A stretch of 64,000 nucleotides of DNA from an uncultured Gammaproteobacteria bacterium (GTDB lineage Bacteria > Patescibacteriota > Microgenomatia > Daviesbacterales > UBA10151), in the NCBI GenBank assembly GCA_964649615.1, contig CAZYPW010000006.1, forward strand, positions 12,635 through 76,634, written 5' to 3'. A program made the translations under genes and the position numbers. Within the stretch, counting starts at the first letter, position 1; every line of letters begins with the position of its first letter. The notes under the pieces were generated by a model. That model did no database searches. It was not told the DNA's origin and saw only the letters and a list, made by a program, of their open reading frames with translations. Positions 42,199 through 51,618 of this stretch are shown piece by piece.

Positions 42199-42888
42199 TC
42201 AAGGAAGCAACATTTTAAGGGCTTTTTGGGCTGCTATTTCTTCTGCTTCCTGTTTAGAAGATCCTACCCCTTCCCCATGTTGTTTCCCACCTATATATAC
42301 TCCCACCACAAATTCCTTAGCATGGTCTGGGCCGCGGGTATTCAAAATTCTATATTTGGGAGATTCTTTAAATTTTTCCTGGACTATTTCTTGCAGGTTT
42401 GACTTAGCATCTTTAGGCGGGCCTGATTTTATTTCCTTCTCAAATAAGGGGAAAAGAGTTTTAGAGATGACTTTTTTTACTCCCTCTAGGCCTTGGTCTA
42501 AATAGATTGCTCCCAGCAGTGCCTCATAAGTATTAGCTAGCAGCTGAGGATTATTTTGCCCGCCTGAGAGTGACTCACCTTTAGAAAGTTTTAAGAAATC
42601 TCCTAAGCCTAAATCAGAAGCTGCCTGGGCTAAAGATTTGGTTTTAACAATGTAGGCCCTTAAATTAGTTAAATCTCCTTCTGCATCTTCCCTTCTTTGG
42701 TCATAAAGATAATTTGAAACCACTAAGGACAAAACAGAATCACCCAAAAATTCCAATCTTTCATTGGAGGCAAAATTGCCCCTAGTTTCATTTAAATAAG
42801 ACCTATGGGTAAAAGCTTGTTGCAATAAATTAAGATTTTTAAAATTTAACTGCAGCTTTTTAAGTAAGGAACTAAAATTTTCTGTCAT
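42199..42888 (-). CDS. rnc: Ribonuclease III
   Basis: NERLEFLGDSVL; C-terminal dsRBD. Confidence 0.96.
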   Translation of the reverse strand: MTENFSSLLKKLQLNFKNLNLLQQAFTHRSYLNETRGNFASNERLEFLGDSVLSLVVSNYLYDQRREDAEGDLTNLRAYIVKTKSLAQAASDLGLGDFLKLSKGESLSGGQNNPQLLANTYEALLGAIYLDQGLEGVKKVISKTLFPLFEKEIKSGPPKDAKSNLQEIVQEKFKESPKYRILNTRGPDHAKEFVVGVYIGGKQHGEGVGSSKQEAEEIAAQKALKMLLP

Positions 42889-43124
42889 TAACCAATCAAG
42901 TTATCCTCAATTAAACTCACTAAATCATCAACTGTTTCTATTTTATCTATCTCTTCGGGAGCTAAAGTCACATCAAATTTTTCAGATAGTGTATTTAACA
43001 AATCATTTAGCTCAATTGGGCCTAGATTTAAATCTTCTCTCAGGAGTGCCTGCCTGTCTAAATCTTCAGGATTTAAGGTAAGATGCTCTGCTACTACTTT
43101 AGTAATATCTGAAACTGCAACCAT
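42888..43124 (-). CDS. Acyl-carrier-protein-like protein lacking the phosphopantetheine serine
   Basis: ACP-like pattern (EDL...LSEKFDV...IETVDDLV), but DSL is replaced by GPI. Confidence 0.7.
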   Translation of the reverse strand: MVAVSDITKVVAEHLTLNPEDLDRQALLREDLNLGPIELNDLLNTLSEKFDVTLAPEEIDKIETVDDLVSLIEDNLIG

Positions 43125-43162
43125 AGAGTATAGCGTATAGTTAATAGCTTAAAAAAGCAATA

Positions 43163-43528
43163 TCAAATTTTAATTTCTTTTAGCTTTACTGCTTGGCCTA
43201 AGACTCCATTGATAAAAGAAAATGAAGAGTCAGAACCAAATTCCTTGCCCAGTTCCACAGCTTCATCTATCACTACTTTGGGAGGGGTACCATGTTGGAA
43301 GATTAGCTCAAAGATGGAAAGGCGCAATATAGCCAGGTCTATTCTATTAATTTCTCCAATGGGCCTATCTGGAGCGCACTGGGAAATTATTCCATCAATT
43401 TGTTGCAAATTCTTCACAATTTCTGGAATATTTTTAGGGATCCTGCGTTTAGGGCTAAATTGAAAGGAAAATAAATCTTTCATCAGCTTGATGCGTTTTA
43501 AGTGCCTGGGGTCTTTAGATGTTTTCAT
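43163..43528 (-). CDS. nusB: Transcription antitermination factor NusB
   Basis: IDLAILRL, VVIDEAVELGKEFG, FINGVL. Confidence 0.93.
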   Translation of the reverse strand: MKTSKDPRHLKRIKLMKDLFSFQFSPKRRIPKNIPEIVKNLQQIDGIISQCAPDRPIGEINRIDLAILRLSIFELIFQHGTPPKVVIDEAVELGKEFGSDSSFSFINGVLGQAVKLKEIKI

Positions 43529-43533
43529 TGGAT

Positions 43534-43569
43534 GAGATCCTTCGGCTCGCTTCGCTCGCTCAGGATGAC
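43534..43569. repeat. REP-like intergenic element
   Basis: GAGATCCTTCGGCTCGCTTCGCTCGCTCAGGATGAC, a GC-rich stem-loop with ATCCT/AGGAT arms. Confidence 0.55.
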
Positions 43570-43575
43570 TAAGGC

Positions 43576-43773
43576 CTAGGCCTTAGTCACTTTAACTTGC
43601 TCTTTTCCTACAGATTTAGAAGCGTAGTAGCCACATTCTTTGCAAACAATATGTGACAGCGTGGGTTTGCCACAGTTTTTACAAGCTATCAGATGAGGAA
43701 CAACTTGAGAAATTGCAGCTCTTCTGGTTCTTTTTCTTGATTTGCTATGTTTTCTTTTAGGTTCACCAGCCAA
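43576..43773 (-). CDS. rpmF: 50S ribosomal protein L32
   Basis: PKRKHSKSR; CxxC...HIVCxxCG.Y; TTG start. Confidence 0.93.
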   Translation of the reverse strand: MAGEPKRKHSKSRKRTRRAAISQVVPHLIACKNCGKPTLSHIVCKECGYYASKSVGKEQVKVTKA

Positions 43774-43860
43774 TCGGAACGCCCCTTTCTATGGCGCGGG
43801 ATCCACTTGCAAAAATGCGAATAAGCATTTTTGACAAGGGTACAAAGCTCATGATTTATC

Positions 43861-45897
43861 CTAATCTGGATTTACTTCACGAGTAATATTTTGTAATCTT
43901 GCCTTAAGTAAGGGATATTTGTCAAGAGAAGGATCCAAATTTAGCAAATCTGCAGCTGCTTTTTTAGTTTTTTCAACCATTTGTATATCAGAAAAAGAAG
44001 CTATCTTAAATTCAAATCTGCCGGATTGCCTGACCCCAAAAATTTCTCCCCCTCCCCTGATTTTTAAATCAAGCTCTGCTAATTTTAATCCATCAAAGGT
44101 GTTTTCCATATATTTTAACCTGCGCCTATCACTTGACACATCCGATGTGTAAAGTAAACAGTAGGACTCTTTGGTACCCCTGCCTACTCTGCCTCTAAGC
44201 TGATGCAGTTGGGCAAGCCCAAACCTTTCTGCTCCCTCAATTACTATAATAGTGGCATTGGGAATATCCATGCCTACCTCAACAACAGAGGTGGAGACTA
44301 AAATTTGCACTTTACCTTCTTTAAATTCTGTTAAAACCTGCTCTTTTTCTTTACTCTTCAATCTGCCATGCAGCAAGCCTAATTTAAGGTTGGGGAAAAT
44401 TTTACCTAATCTTTCGTACTCCACCTTAACAGCCTTGACTGTAGTTAATGTTTCAGAGGCTTCTATAAAAGGTGTGATAATATATGCCTGATCCCCCTCC
44501 TTTACCCTTTTTTCTATAAATTTGTAAGAATCAGCCCTCTTTTTTTCTGGAACCAAATAAGTTTTTACCACAGGCCTGTTTTTAGGCATTTCATTGATCA
44601 CAGATAAGTCCAAATCACCATACAAAGTTAGAGCTACAGTTCTGGGGATGGGGGTAGCAGTGGTTGTTAAAAAGTGAGGTGGTTTGGCTTTTGCTCTCAA
44701 GATAGTTCTCTGTTCCACCCCAAACCTTTGCTGTTCATCAACTACTACCAGTCCCACATCGGCAGCGATTAGTTTTTCAGAAAGAAGAGCGTGAGTACCG
44801 ACAATTACCTCACTATCTTTGGCTTCTTTTTTAGATCCTGTATATATCCCCACTTTTATTTCAAAAGGTTCTAAAAGATTGGAAAGGGTAGAAAAATGCT
44901 GGAAAGCTAAAATTTCTGTAGGAGCCATAAAAAGAGTTCTTAATTTATTTAAGTGAATAAGGTAGGCAATGATTGCTACCACCACTGTTTTTCCTGATCC
45001 TACCTCACCCTGGATCAGCCTATTCATTGGTTGGCCCTTTTTCAAATCCTCAATTATTTCTGCAATCACTTTTTTTTGAGCGGAGGTCAGTTTAAATGGT
45101 AAGGATTTTAGAAAATAATTTAGATCATTTTTATTAATATCTAGTGGTGCTATGGGAGGTTTTTTCTTCCATTCCATCCTTGCTTTTTGGGTGGCTAAAG
45201 AAATGTAAAACAATTCATCAAAACCTAATCTTTCCCTGCTCTTTTCTATATCATCCCAACTTTCTGGGTAGTGAATCTTCCTGATAGCATCTTTTAAACT
45301 CAGCATTTCTCCTCTAATAAAACCAGGCATAGGATCTGTTAGTTGATTTTCTACTTGCGGCAGTAGTTGATCGATTTTAGTTCTTACCCATTTTGAGCTT
45401 AGCCCTTCAGTTTCCGGATAAACAGGGATTAATCCTCCTGTATGTAACCCTTTTTGATCCGTGTTCCCACTTGACGAGTGGGAACGTAGATTGATGTCAA
45501 GTTTTTCCCATTTCGGTACGATAATGGAAAGTCTACTTTTGTATTTGGTTAATTTTCCAGAAATTTGTAGCCTGTCACCTGTTGCTATTTGCTTAGTCAG
45601 CCAGCTCTGATTGAACCAGGTCAGATTTATCGGTGAGGTGCCATCATTAAATATTGCCTGGGTTAATATTTTTCTGGACCTGGTGTAAATATTTTTAATA
45701 GACCAGATTTCGCCTTGCAAGGTGACTACTTGCCCAATTTGAGTCTCTTTAGCAGTGGAGATTTGGGAAAAGTCATCATACCTGAAAGGAAAATGGTAAA
45801 TTAAATCCTCCACAGTATTTAGATTTAATCTGCCCAGTTTATATAAGAGGCCTGGGCCGGTACCAGCCAGTTTGGATAAAGGAGTGTTAAGTTCCAT
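43861..45897 (-). CDS. recG: ATP-dependent DNA helicase RecG
   Basis: QGEVGSGKT, DEQQRFG, TATPIPRT, LHQLRGRVGR. Confidence 0.96.
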   Translation of the reverse strand: MELNTPLSKLAGTGPGLLYKLGRLNLNTVEDLIYHFPFRYDDFSQISTAKETQIGQVVTLQGEIWSIKNIYTRSRKILTQAIFNDGTSPINLTWFNQSWLTKQIATGDRLQISGKLTKYKSRLSIIVPKWEKLDINLRSHSSSGNTDQKGLHTGGLIPVYPETEGLSSKWVRTKIDQLLPQVENQLTDPMPGFIRGEMLSLKDAIRKIHYPESWDDIEKSRERLGFDELFYISLATQKARMEWKKKPPIAPLDINKNDLNYFLKSLPFKLTSAQKKVIAEIIEDLKKGQPMNRLIQGEVGSGKTVVVAIIAYLIHLNKLRTLFMAPTEILAFQHFSTLSNLLEPFEIKVGIYTGSKKEAKDSEVIVGTHALLSEKLIAADVGLVVVDEQQRFGVEQRTILRAKAKPPHFLTTTATPIPRTVALTLYGDLDLSVINEMPKNRPVVKTYLVPEKKRADSYKFIEKRVKEGDQAYIITPFIEASETLTTVKAVKVEYERLGKIFPNLKLGLLHGRLKSKEKEQVLTEFKEGKVQILVSTSVVEVGMDIPNATIIVIEGAERFGLAQLHQLRGRVGRGTKESYCLLYTSDVSSDRRRLKYMENTFDGLKLAELDLKIRGGGEIFGVRQSGRFEFKIASFSDIQMVEKTKKAAADLLNLDPSLDKYPLLKARLQNITREVNPD
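44134..44152. repeat. Family A variant in recG
   Basis: TGACACATCCGATGTGTAA; encodes YTSDVS. Confidence 0.7.
45464..45484. repeat. REP-like hairpin family A, in frame in recG
   Basis: TTCCCACTTGACGAGTGGGAA; encodes SHSSSG. Confidence 0.92.
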
Positions 45898-46119
45898 GAA
45901 GGGATTATATCGCGAAGCGGTACAGGAAGTGTAGTGGCGAAGCCACGAAACGATTATACAAATTAATTAGAAAGCTGATAGCAGTGGAAGGAAGGAAAAG
46001 ATAATTATAGAAATTCCAGCAATTACAGAAAGGATGATCCAAACAATTTTGAACTTTTTAGAATACATCATACTTAATATGTATCACAAAACTTGAAAAA
46101 CTAAAAGTATAAAGTATAA

Positions 46120-47253
46120 TTATTTATTAGTTAATTTTTCAATCTCTTTCAAAGCAGAATTTCTTTTTGGATTTTCAAAATACTTTCTGGCCGGTTCCAG
46201 CTTTTTAATTAACCAATCAGCCACTGCATTTTTTAAATCCTGAGGGTGTAAATTTTTAGCCATATAATCTTTTTCTAAATCTTCATAATTTGTGTAACTT
46301 AAATCCCCTCCCCATTTTGGTTCTCGTTTTATGTTGAGGTGCGACCTTTGTTGAGGTGCGACCTTTGTTGAGGAAGGACCTGAACGGGCGTAGAAAATAA
46401 GGTGTTTTACCCAGTCTAAGATGGGATTAAACTCTACTATTCCTTCAGGTGCATAAGCATTATTTACTTTCCTATTAATCTCATCTGGACTATCATGAAT
46501 AAAAACAGCAGAATCTGGTTTTGACTTGCTCATTTTTAAAGCCAGTTTTACTGCTTCCTCATCCTCCCCTCCTGAAATCTCAGGTTTTAAAAGTCCTTGC
46601 AGCAGGTGATGATGAATTGCTACTGGTTTTTTATGTTGCAAGTCCCCTGATGCATCTCTTGCCACCACATGTACATTTCTTTGGTCAGTTCCTGCATGAG
46701 TAATTGTAATACCCATAGCAAAAATATCTGCAGACTGCATAGCAGGATAAATTAACATAGCAGAGTCTGAAATCTCAGACTCTTTTCTGCCCATGATGGT
46801 GGTTGATCTTAACATTCTGGCTAAAGTTGTAGCTTTGGAAACTTTAATAACTGTTGCCCAATATTCATTACTTTGCTTGCCGTATAGTTCTGATCCCAAA
46901 ACAAACTCAATTTTGTCTGGGTCTGCTCCTACGCACAAAGCTGCAGCTTTTAAACCCTCTTCAAAGTACTCACGAGCCATTCTTCTGGCTGTTTGGAGTG
47001 TGCCATCTAATTTTTTATTAAGCCAGGTATGCCAGTCAGCCAGAAAAATAGTAGTTTGTACCCCAGCCTCTTGAAGATCTTTAATCTTTAACATGCTAGC
47101 TAAACCAGTTCCTAAATGGACTTTTCCAGAAATCTCAAAACCAATGTAGTGTTTTAAAGGAGTATCACTATCAATTAAATGTTTTAATTCATCAATAGTT
47201 AAAACTTCTTCTAAATTTCTGGTGATTAATTTAAGTTTTTCCTCAGTTGCCAT
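46120..47253 (-). CDS. tyrS: Tyrosine--tRNA ligase, archaeal/eukaryal type
   Basis: YIGFEISGKVHLG, ADWH, YPAMQSADI, KMSKS, LHPQDLK; no bacterial S4-like tail. Confidence 0.9.
   Translation of the reverse strand: MATEEKLKLITRNLEEVLTIDELKHLIDSDTPLKHYIGFEISGKVHLGTGLASMLKIKDLQEAGVQTTIFLADWHTWLNKKLDGTLQTARRMAREYFEEGLKAAALCVGADPDKIEFVLGSELYGKQSNEYWATVIKVSKATTLARMLRSTTIMGRKESEISDSAMLIYPAMQSADIFAMGITITHAGTDQRNVHVVARDASGDLQHKKPVAIHHHLLQGLLKPEISGGEDEEAVKLALKMSKSKPDSAVFIHDSPDEINRKVNNAYAPEGIVEFNPILDWVKHLIFYARSGPSSTKVAPQQRSHLNIKREPKWGGDLSYTNYEDLEKDYMAKNLHPQDLKNAVADWLIKKLEPARKYFENPKRNSALKEIEKLTNK
46332..46382. repeat. Three 17-nt hairpin-containing tandem units in tyrS
   Basis: TGTTGAGGTGCGACCTT x2 plus one diverged unit; 51 nt keeps the frame. 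Confidence 0.85.
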
Positions 47254-47294
47254 AGTTCGTCTACTTCTGTGATAATATTACCATAGGTAAATAA

Positions 47295-48866
47295 ATGAGC
47301 AAACAACTAACAAAATTATCTCAAGCTTTAATTGCAGCTTATGATAAAGATTATAAGCACAGCTTGGATAACACCATTTCTGTAAATCCTGTGGTGGCAG
47401 AACTGGCTGCCTGGTATGAAAAATTCAGGACTGCCATGGATTATCGGGATGATGAAGTTATCTTGCGCTCAGCCATTGAACGAATTTTAAAAAGAAGATT
47501 GATGATGTCAAATACTGGTGTAGCTATTGCTGCACCCTTAATTCGTGAACTTGTTTGGGCCAGATACTTTCCTGATGCATCAGTTTCTGAGTCTTCTGTT
47601 AACAAAGTAGCCCAAGCTATAGATTTATATGTCAAGCTTGAAGAAGAAATAAATAAAAAACACCGGATTAATAAGATGATAGTTTCTGAATGGATTATTC
47701 ACTTGCTTTCATCAGAGATAGAGGATATTTTAAAGCCTTCTCCAGAAAAAAATATGATGTGCAATTTTATTTTTAATATTTTTAAAAGCAGAGTTACTAT
47801 TTTGGATGATACAGATGAAATAAGGGATATTCAAGTTTTTATTGCAGTGAGGCGGGCCTTTGCTTATGATGACTTAGCTCTTTTAAGATTTCATTTATTC
47901 AGGCAATACTTTGGCCATTTAAATGCCCATAATTTAGACAAAATATCTACTGATTTTATGGATGGGTATAAAAAGATTGAAGAACAATTTAATTATCCAT
48001 CCAAAGATAAAATTCATAGCTATATTAAGGATCAGATGATCCCCTTTTTAATCTTGGATGATGTTTTAAGAAAATACAAAGGAAAGCTTCACTCTTTAAT
48101 TTCAGATGAAGAGCAGTTAAATTTAGCAATTTTAGAAGCATGCTCCTCAAGATATAAAACTATTGTGGGTAAAGTGAGAAGGGCTATTGTTAGAAGTGTC
48201 ATTTTTATCTTTTTTACCAAAGCAATTTTTGCCCTTTTTGTAGAAGGAGCTTTTGAGAGACTTTTATATGGAAGAATCGTTTGGCCCTCTATTGCCTTAA
48301 ATACTTTAACTCCACCAGCCTTAATGGTTTTAGTTGGGGTTTTTGTTAAAACTCCCGCAAAAGATAATTCTTTTAAAATTTCCCACAAAATAAGTACTAT
48401 TCTTTTTGATGAAAATCCTAATTTAGAAGTTCCTTTGCAAGTTAAAAAAAGGCCTTCCAAGATAGACCCCATAATTTGGATTTTGTTTATGAGTTTGTGG
48501 TTTACTACTTTTGTGTTAAGTTTTGGAGCTATTATTTTTCTTCTGACCAAGTTGGAGGTAAATCCTCTGTCTCAAGCTGTGTTTATATTTTTCTTAGCTA
48601 TAGTTTCTTTTGTAGGTTTTAGGGTAAACAGAACTGCCCATATGTATATTTTAAAAGATAAAAGAGAATATTTAGGATCCATACTTTTTGACTTTTTCTT
48701 TATGCCTTTTATCCAAGTAGGGAGAAGGTTAACGGCCTATGTTTCCCAAATAAATATCATTTTATTTGTCTTTGATTTTATTATTGAAGCTCCCTTTAAA
48801 GGAATAGTAGCCTTTTTAGAACAGTGGCTGCTCTTTTTAAGGACTCAAAGGGAAAAATTAGATTAA
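47295..48866 (+). CDS. Hypothetical membrane protein
   Basis: 523-aa ORF with a soluble N-half and multi-TM C-half. Confidence 0.7.
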   Translation: MSKQLTKLSQALIAAYDKDYKHSLDNTISVNPVVAELAAWYEKFRTAMDYRDDEVILRSAIERILKRRLMMSNTGVAIAAPLIRELVWARYFPDASVSESSVNKVAQAIDLYVKLEEEINKKHRINKMIVSEWIIHLLSSEIEDILKPSPEKNMMCNFIFNIFKSRVTILDDTDEIRDIQVFIAVRRAFAYDDLALLRFHLFRQYFGHLNAHNLDKISTDFMDGYKKIEEQFNYPSKDKIHSYIKDQMIPFLILDDVLRKYKGKLHSLISDEEQLNLAILEACSSRYKTIVGKVRRAIVRSVIFIFFTKAIFALFVEGAFERLLYGRIVWPSIALNTLTPPALMVLVGVFVKTPAKDNSFKISHKISTILFDENPNLEVPLQVKKRPSKIDPIIWILFMSLWFTTFVLSFGAIIFLLTKLEVNPLSQAVFIFFLAIVSFVGFRVNRTAHMYILKDKREYLGSILFDFFFMPFIQVGRRLTAYVSQINIILFVFDFIIEAPFKGIVAFLEQWLLFLRTQREKLD

Positions 48867-48872
48867 TCCGTA

Positions 48873-48893
48873 TTCCCACTTGACATGTGGGAA
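48873..48893. repeat. REP-like hairpin family A, immediately upstream of the RAYT
   Basis: TTCCCACTTGACATGTGGGAA; 48866-48896 is the reverse complement of 63416-63446. Confidence 0.93.
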
Positions 48894-49352
48894 CGTAGTT
48901 GGGACTATGGAATTATGGCAAATCCTCCTTTTGCTTCTGGCGAGTTTTATCATATTTATAACCGTGGTGTAGAAAAAAGAAAAATTTTTCTTGATAAGTG
49001 GGATTATTTAAGATTCTTAGAGACCCTAGATTTTTACCGCAAATCCCCCAACCCAATGAAACTATCGGATTTTAGAAGAGGTGTAATTAAACTTAAAAAG
49101 AATGAAGATCAGAAGGAAATAGTCAGAATTTATTGTTATTCTCTAATGCCGAATCACTTTCATCTGTTAGTTCAACAACTGGAAGAATCTGGAATTACTC
49201 AATTTATGAGAAAATTATCTGATAGTTATACCAGGTTTTTTAATACCAAGTATGAGAGGGTGGGTTCTCTTTTTCAGGGAAGCTTTAAGGCAAAATTAAT
49301 TGAAACTGATGAATATTTACTTCAGCTTTCAAAATATATTCATCGAAACGCG

Positions 49353-49373
49353 TTCCCACTTAAGATGTGGGAA
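49353..49373. repeat. REP-like hairpin family A, inside the RAYT
   Basis: TTCCCACTTAAGATGTGGGAA; encodes FPLKMWE. Confidence 0.92.
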
Positions 49374-49566
49374 GGTAAAGTTTATCCATATTCCTCCTAC
49401 GGGTATTATCTAAACGGGGAGAAACATCTATTCTGTGACACAGAATTTATAGGGGCATTTTTTTCTAAAACAAATCCTAAACTAAGCTATAAATCTTTTG
49501 TAGAGGAAACAGAGTTTGGGGATCCAATAGCAGTTTATAATCTCTCCATAGATAATGATGAATGCG

Positions 49567-49587
49567 TTCCCACATCGGATGTGGGAA
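49567..49587. repeat. REP-like hairpin family A, at the RAYT 3' end
   Basis: TTCCCACATCGGATGTGGGAA; encodes PTSDVG just before the stop. Confidence 0.93.
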
Positions 49588-49599
49588 GCTAAATAATAG

Positions 49600-50448
49600 T
49601 TAGGTTTTGTAGGGGTAAGGTCTGTTTCCAACAACTGGTGGATTTGCTATAAATCTGTAATAAACCATTGCTCTTATTTCTTGAGTTGGATATTCTGGAA
49701 ACCCATTATCTGGAGTTGGTAAAGAAAACATCCATGCCATAACTCCGGCTGGAAAAGCTCCTGATCCTTCTAAGGCATATAAAACTCTGACTGCTTGTGA
49801 GGCATGAGCTACAACACCTATCTCATCTCCTGATTGGATTTGAAGATTCAAAGGTAAGCTAAATGTTTGTATTTGATCCAAAAGATTATATTTTTCAGTG
49901 TTAAATCTGGGATGATCCACAGGATTAATAATAGAGACTCTATCAGGAGGGTATCCTAAGCCTTCAGGAATTCTAAACCAGGGAACCTTTGCTGCTTCTA
50001 TCAAATGAGCATTTTCATCTGATCTTCCATTATAAATTATTATTGGGCCATATTTTCTAATTAAATCTAATTCAGATGGAATATTTCCTGTAATTTCTCT
50101 TCCAGCTCTAATCTCAGCTAATCTTCTGGCCACTTTAAACCCATAATTTATCCTTCTCCTATCCGCCCAATGGGCCCACTCCTTATTTGCATATCTATCT
50201 TTTTTGTTTCTTTTAAAATATGTGCCTGGTGCAGATATTACCCAAATTGCTTTTATTCTGTCTGCATCTTCTTGGTTGAGGTTAAGTTGGGATCCTTGAG
50301 CAGCTTCTTCCAGTTGTTGATAAGTTCTGACAGCTTCATCTAAGAATGAACTTACTTCATGCAAGTCTTTTTCTTTCAGGGCTTCAGCCCACAATTCAAC
50401 TTGTTTAATGCTTTGTAAAACTGCTTGAGGGGTAATTACTTCTTTCAT
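49600..50448 (-). CDS. Hypothetical protein
   Basis: 282-aa ORF with TATAAT close upstream of the ATG. Confidence 0.6.
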   Translation of the reverse strand: MKEVITPQAVLQSIKQVELWAEALKEKDLHEVSSFLDEAVRTYQQLEEAAQGSQLNLNQEDADRIKAIWVISAPGTYFKRNKKDRYANKEWAHWADRRRINYGFKVARRLAEIRAGREITGNIPSELDLIRKYGPIIIYNGRSDENAHLIEAAKVPWFRIPEGLGYPPDRVSIINPVDHPRFNTEKYNLLDQIQTFSLPLNLQIQSGDEIGVVAHASQAVRVLYALEGSGAFPAGVMAWMFSLPTPDNGFPEYPTQEIRAMVYYRFIANPPVVGNRPYPYKT

Positions 50449-50548
50449 AAACTTAAATTATACTATAATTTAGGCTCATAGCAAATTTAGTGTTGACTGA
50501 TTTTGAAATCCTCTTGTAAAATAATCTATTAAACTTGATAATTAATAT

Positions 50549-51286
50549 ATGGAACATGAAATTGTTTTAGCTCCGGAAGTATTGGGTTTTTATAATACCT
50601 TTCCTATTACTAATACCCTGCTTGTTTCCTGGATAGTAATGGTTGTTTTAATTGTAATAAGTTTACTCACCACCTGGAAGATCAGAGCAGTGCCTTACAT
50701 TTTGCAAAACTTTTTTGAAGCTATAATTGAAACAGGATATAAAACAGTAGAAGATTTAGCAGGATCACAAAAAGCTAAAGTCTTTTTCCCAATTTGTTTT
50801 ACCTTCTTTTTATATATTATTACTGCCAACTGGTTAGGATTATTCCCAGGTTTTGCCACTATTACTTATAAACACCAACCTCTTTTAAGGTCTATTAACT
50901 CAGATTTAAACATGACCTTGGCTTTAGCTTTAATCTCTGCCTTTTTAACCCATGCTTTTGCAGTAAGATACTTAGGTCCCGTAGGTTATTTAAAAAGATG
51001 GTTCTCACTGCAGCTTTTTCCTGTTTTCTTGTTTGTAGGATTTTTAGAAATTATCTCTGAGTTTACAAAAGTGGTCTCGCTTTCTTTTAGGCTTTTTGGT
51101 AATATTTTTGCCGGTGAGGTGGTTTTGACAACTGTGTCTGGAATATCTAAATTTAGCGCCTTTTTAGTACCGCTTCCTTTTTATTTGTTGGAAATTGTTG
51201 TAGGATTTGTACAGGCTGCTGTTTTTATGATGTTAACACTGGTATTTATGGTGTTACTAAGTGAGAAACATGAAGCTTCTCATTAG
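50549..51286 (+). CDS. atpB: ATP synthase subunit a
   Basis: SLSFRLFGNIFAGE. Confidence 0.95.
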   Translation: MEHEIVLAPEVLGFYNTFPITNTLLVSWIVMVVLIVISLLTTWKIRAVPYILQNFFEAIIETGYKTVEDLAGSQKAKVFFPICFTFFLYIITANWLGLFPGFATITYKHQPLLRSINSDLNMTLALALISAFLTHAFAVRYLGPVGYLKRWFSLQLFPVFLFVGFLEIISEFTKVVSLSFRLFGNIFAGEVVLTTVSGISKFSAFLVPLPFYLLEIVVGFVQAAVFMMLTLVFMVLLSEKHEASH

Positions 51287-51317
51287 GTAACTAGTAACTA
51301 ATTACTAGTGCCTTTGA

Positions 51318-51539
<222 letters not shown>

Positions 51540-51618
51540 AGTCAAGTCGTTAGAGTCGAGAGTCAAGTGAAATTCTTATTGATTCTTCCTAGACTCTAGA
51601 ATCTAGACTCTAGTCACT

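Larger units (their letters stand above)
48915..49592 (+). mobile_element. REP-associated tyrosine transposase (RAYT/TnpA-REP, HUH Y1 family)
   Basis: YHIYNRG, LMPNHFHL (HUH), LFQGSFK, YIHRN (catalytic Tyr) and YSSY motifs; flanked by hairpins; no tnpB adjacent. Confidence 0.9.

Noticed and set aside
43776-43835. Stem-loops upstream of rpmF as a riboswitch or leader RNA
   Set aside because: Only short stems are visible, with no recognisable family consensus.
44752-44763. TCCCACATCGG half-match in recG
   Set aside because: There is no complementary arm, and it lies in conserved sequence before the DEQ motif.
48885-48914. RAYT start at 48885
   Set aside because: That ATG lies inside the REP hairpin; ATG 48915 fits the family N-terminus better, though this is unproven.
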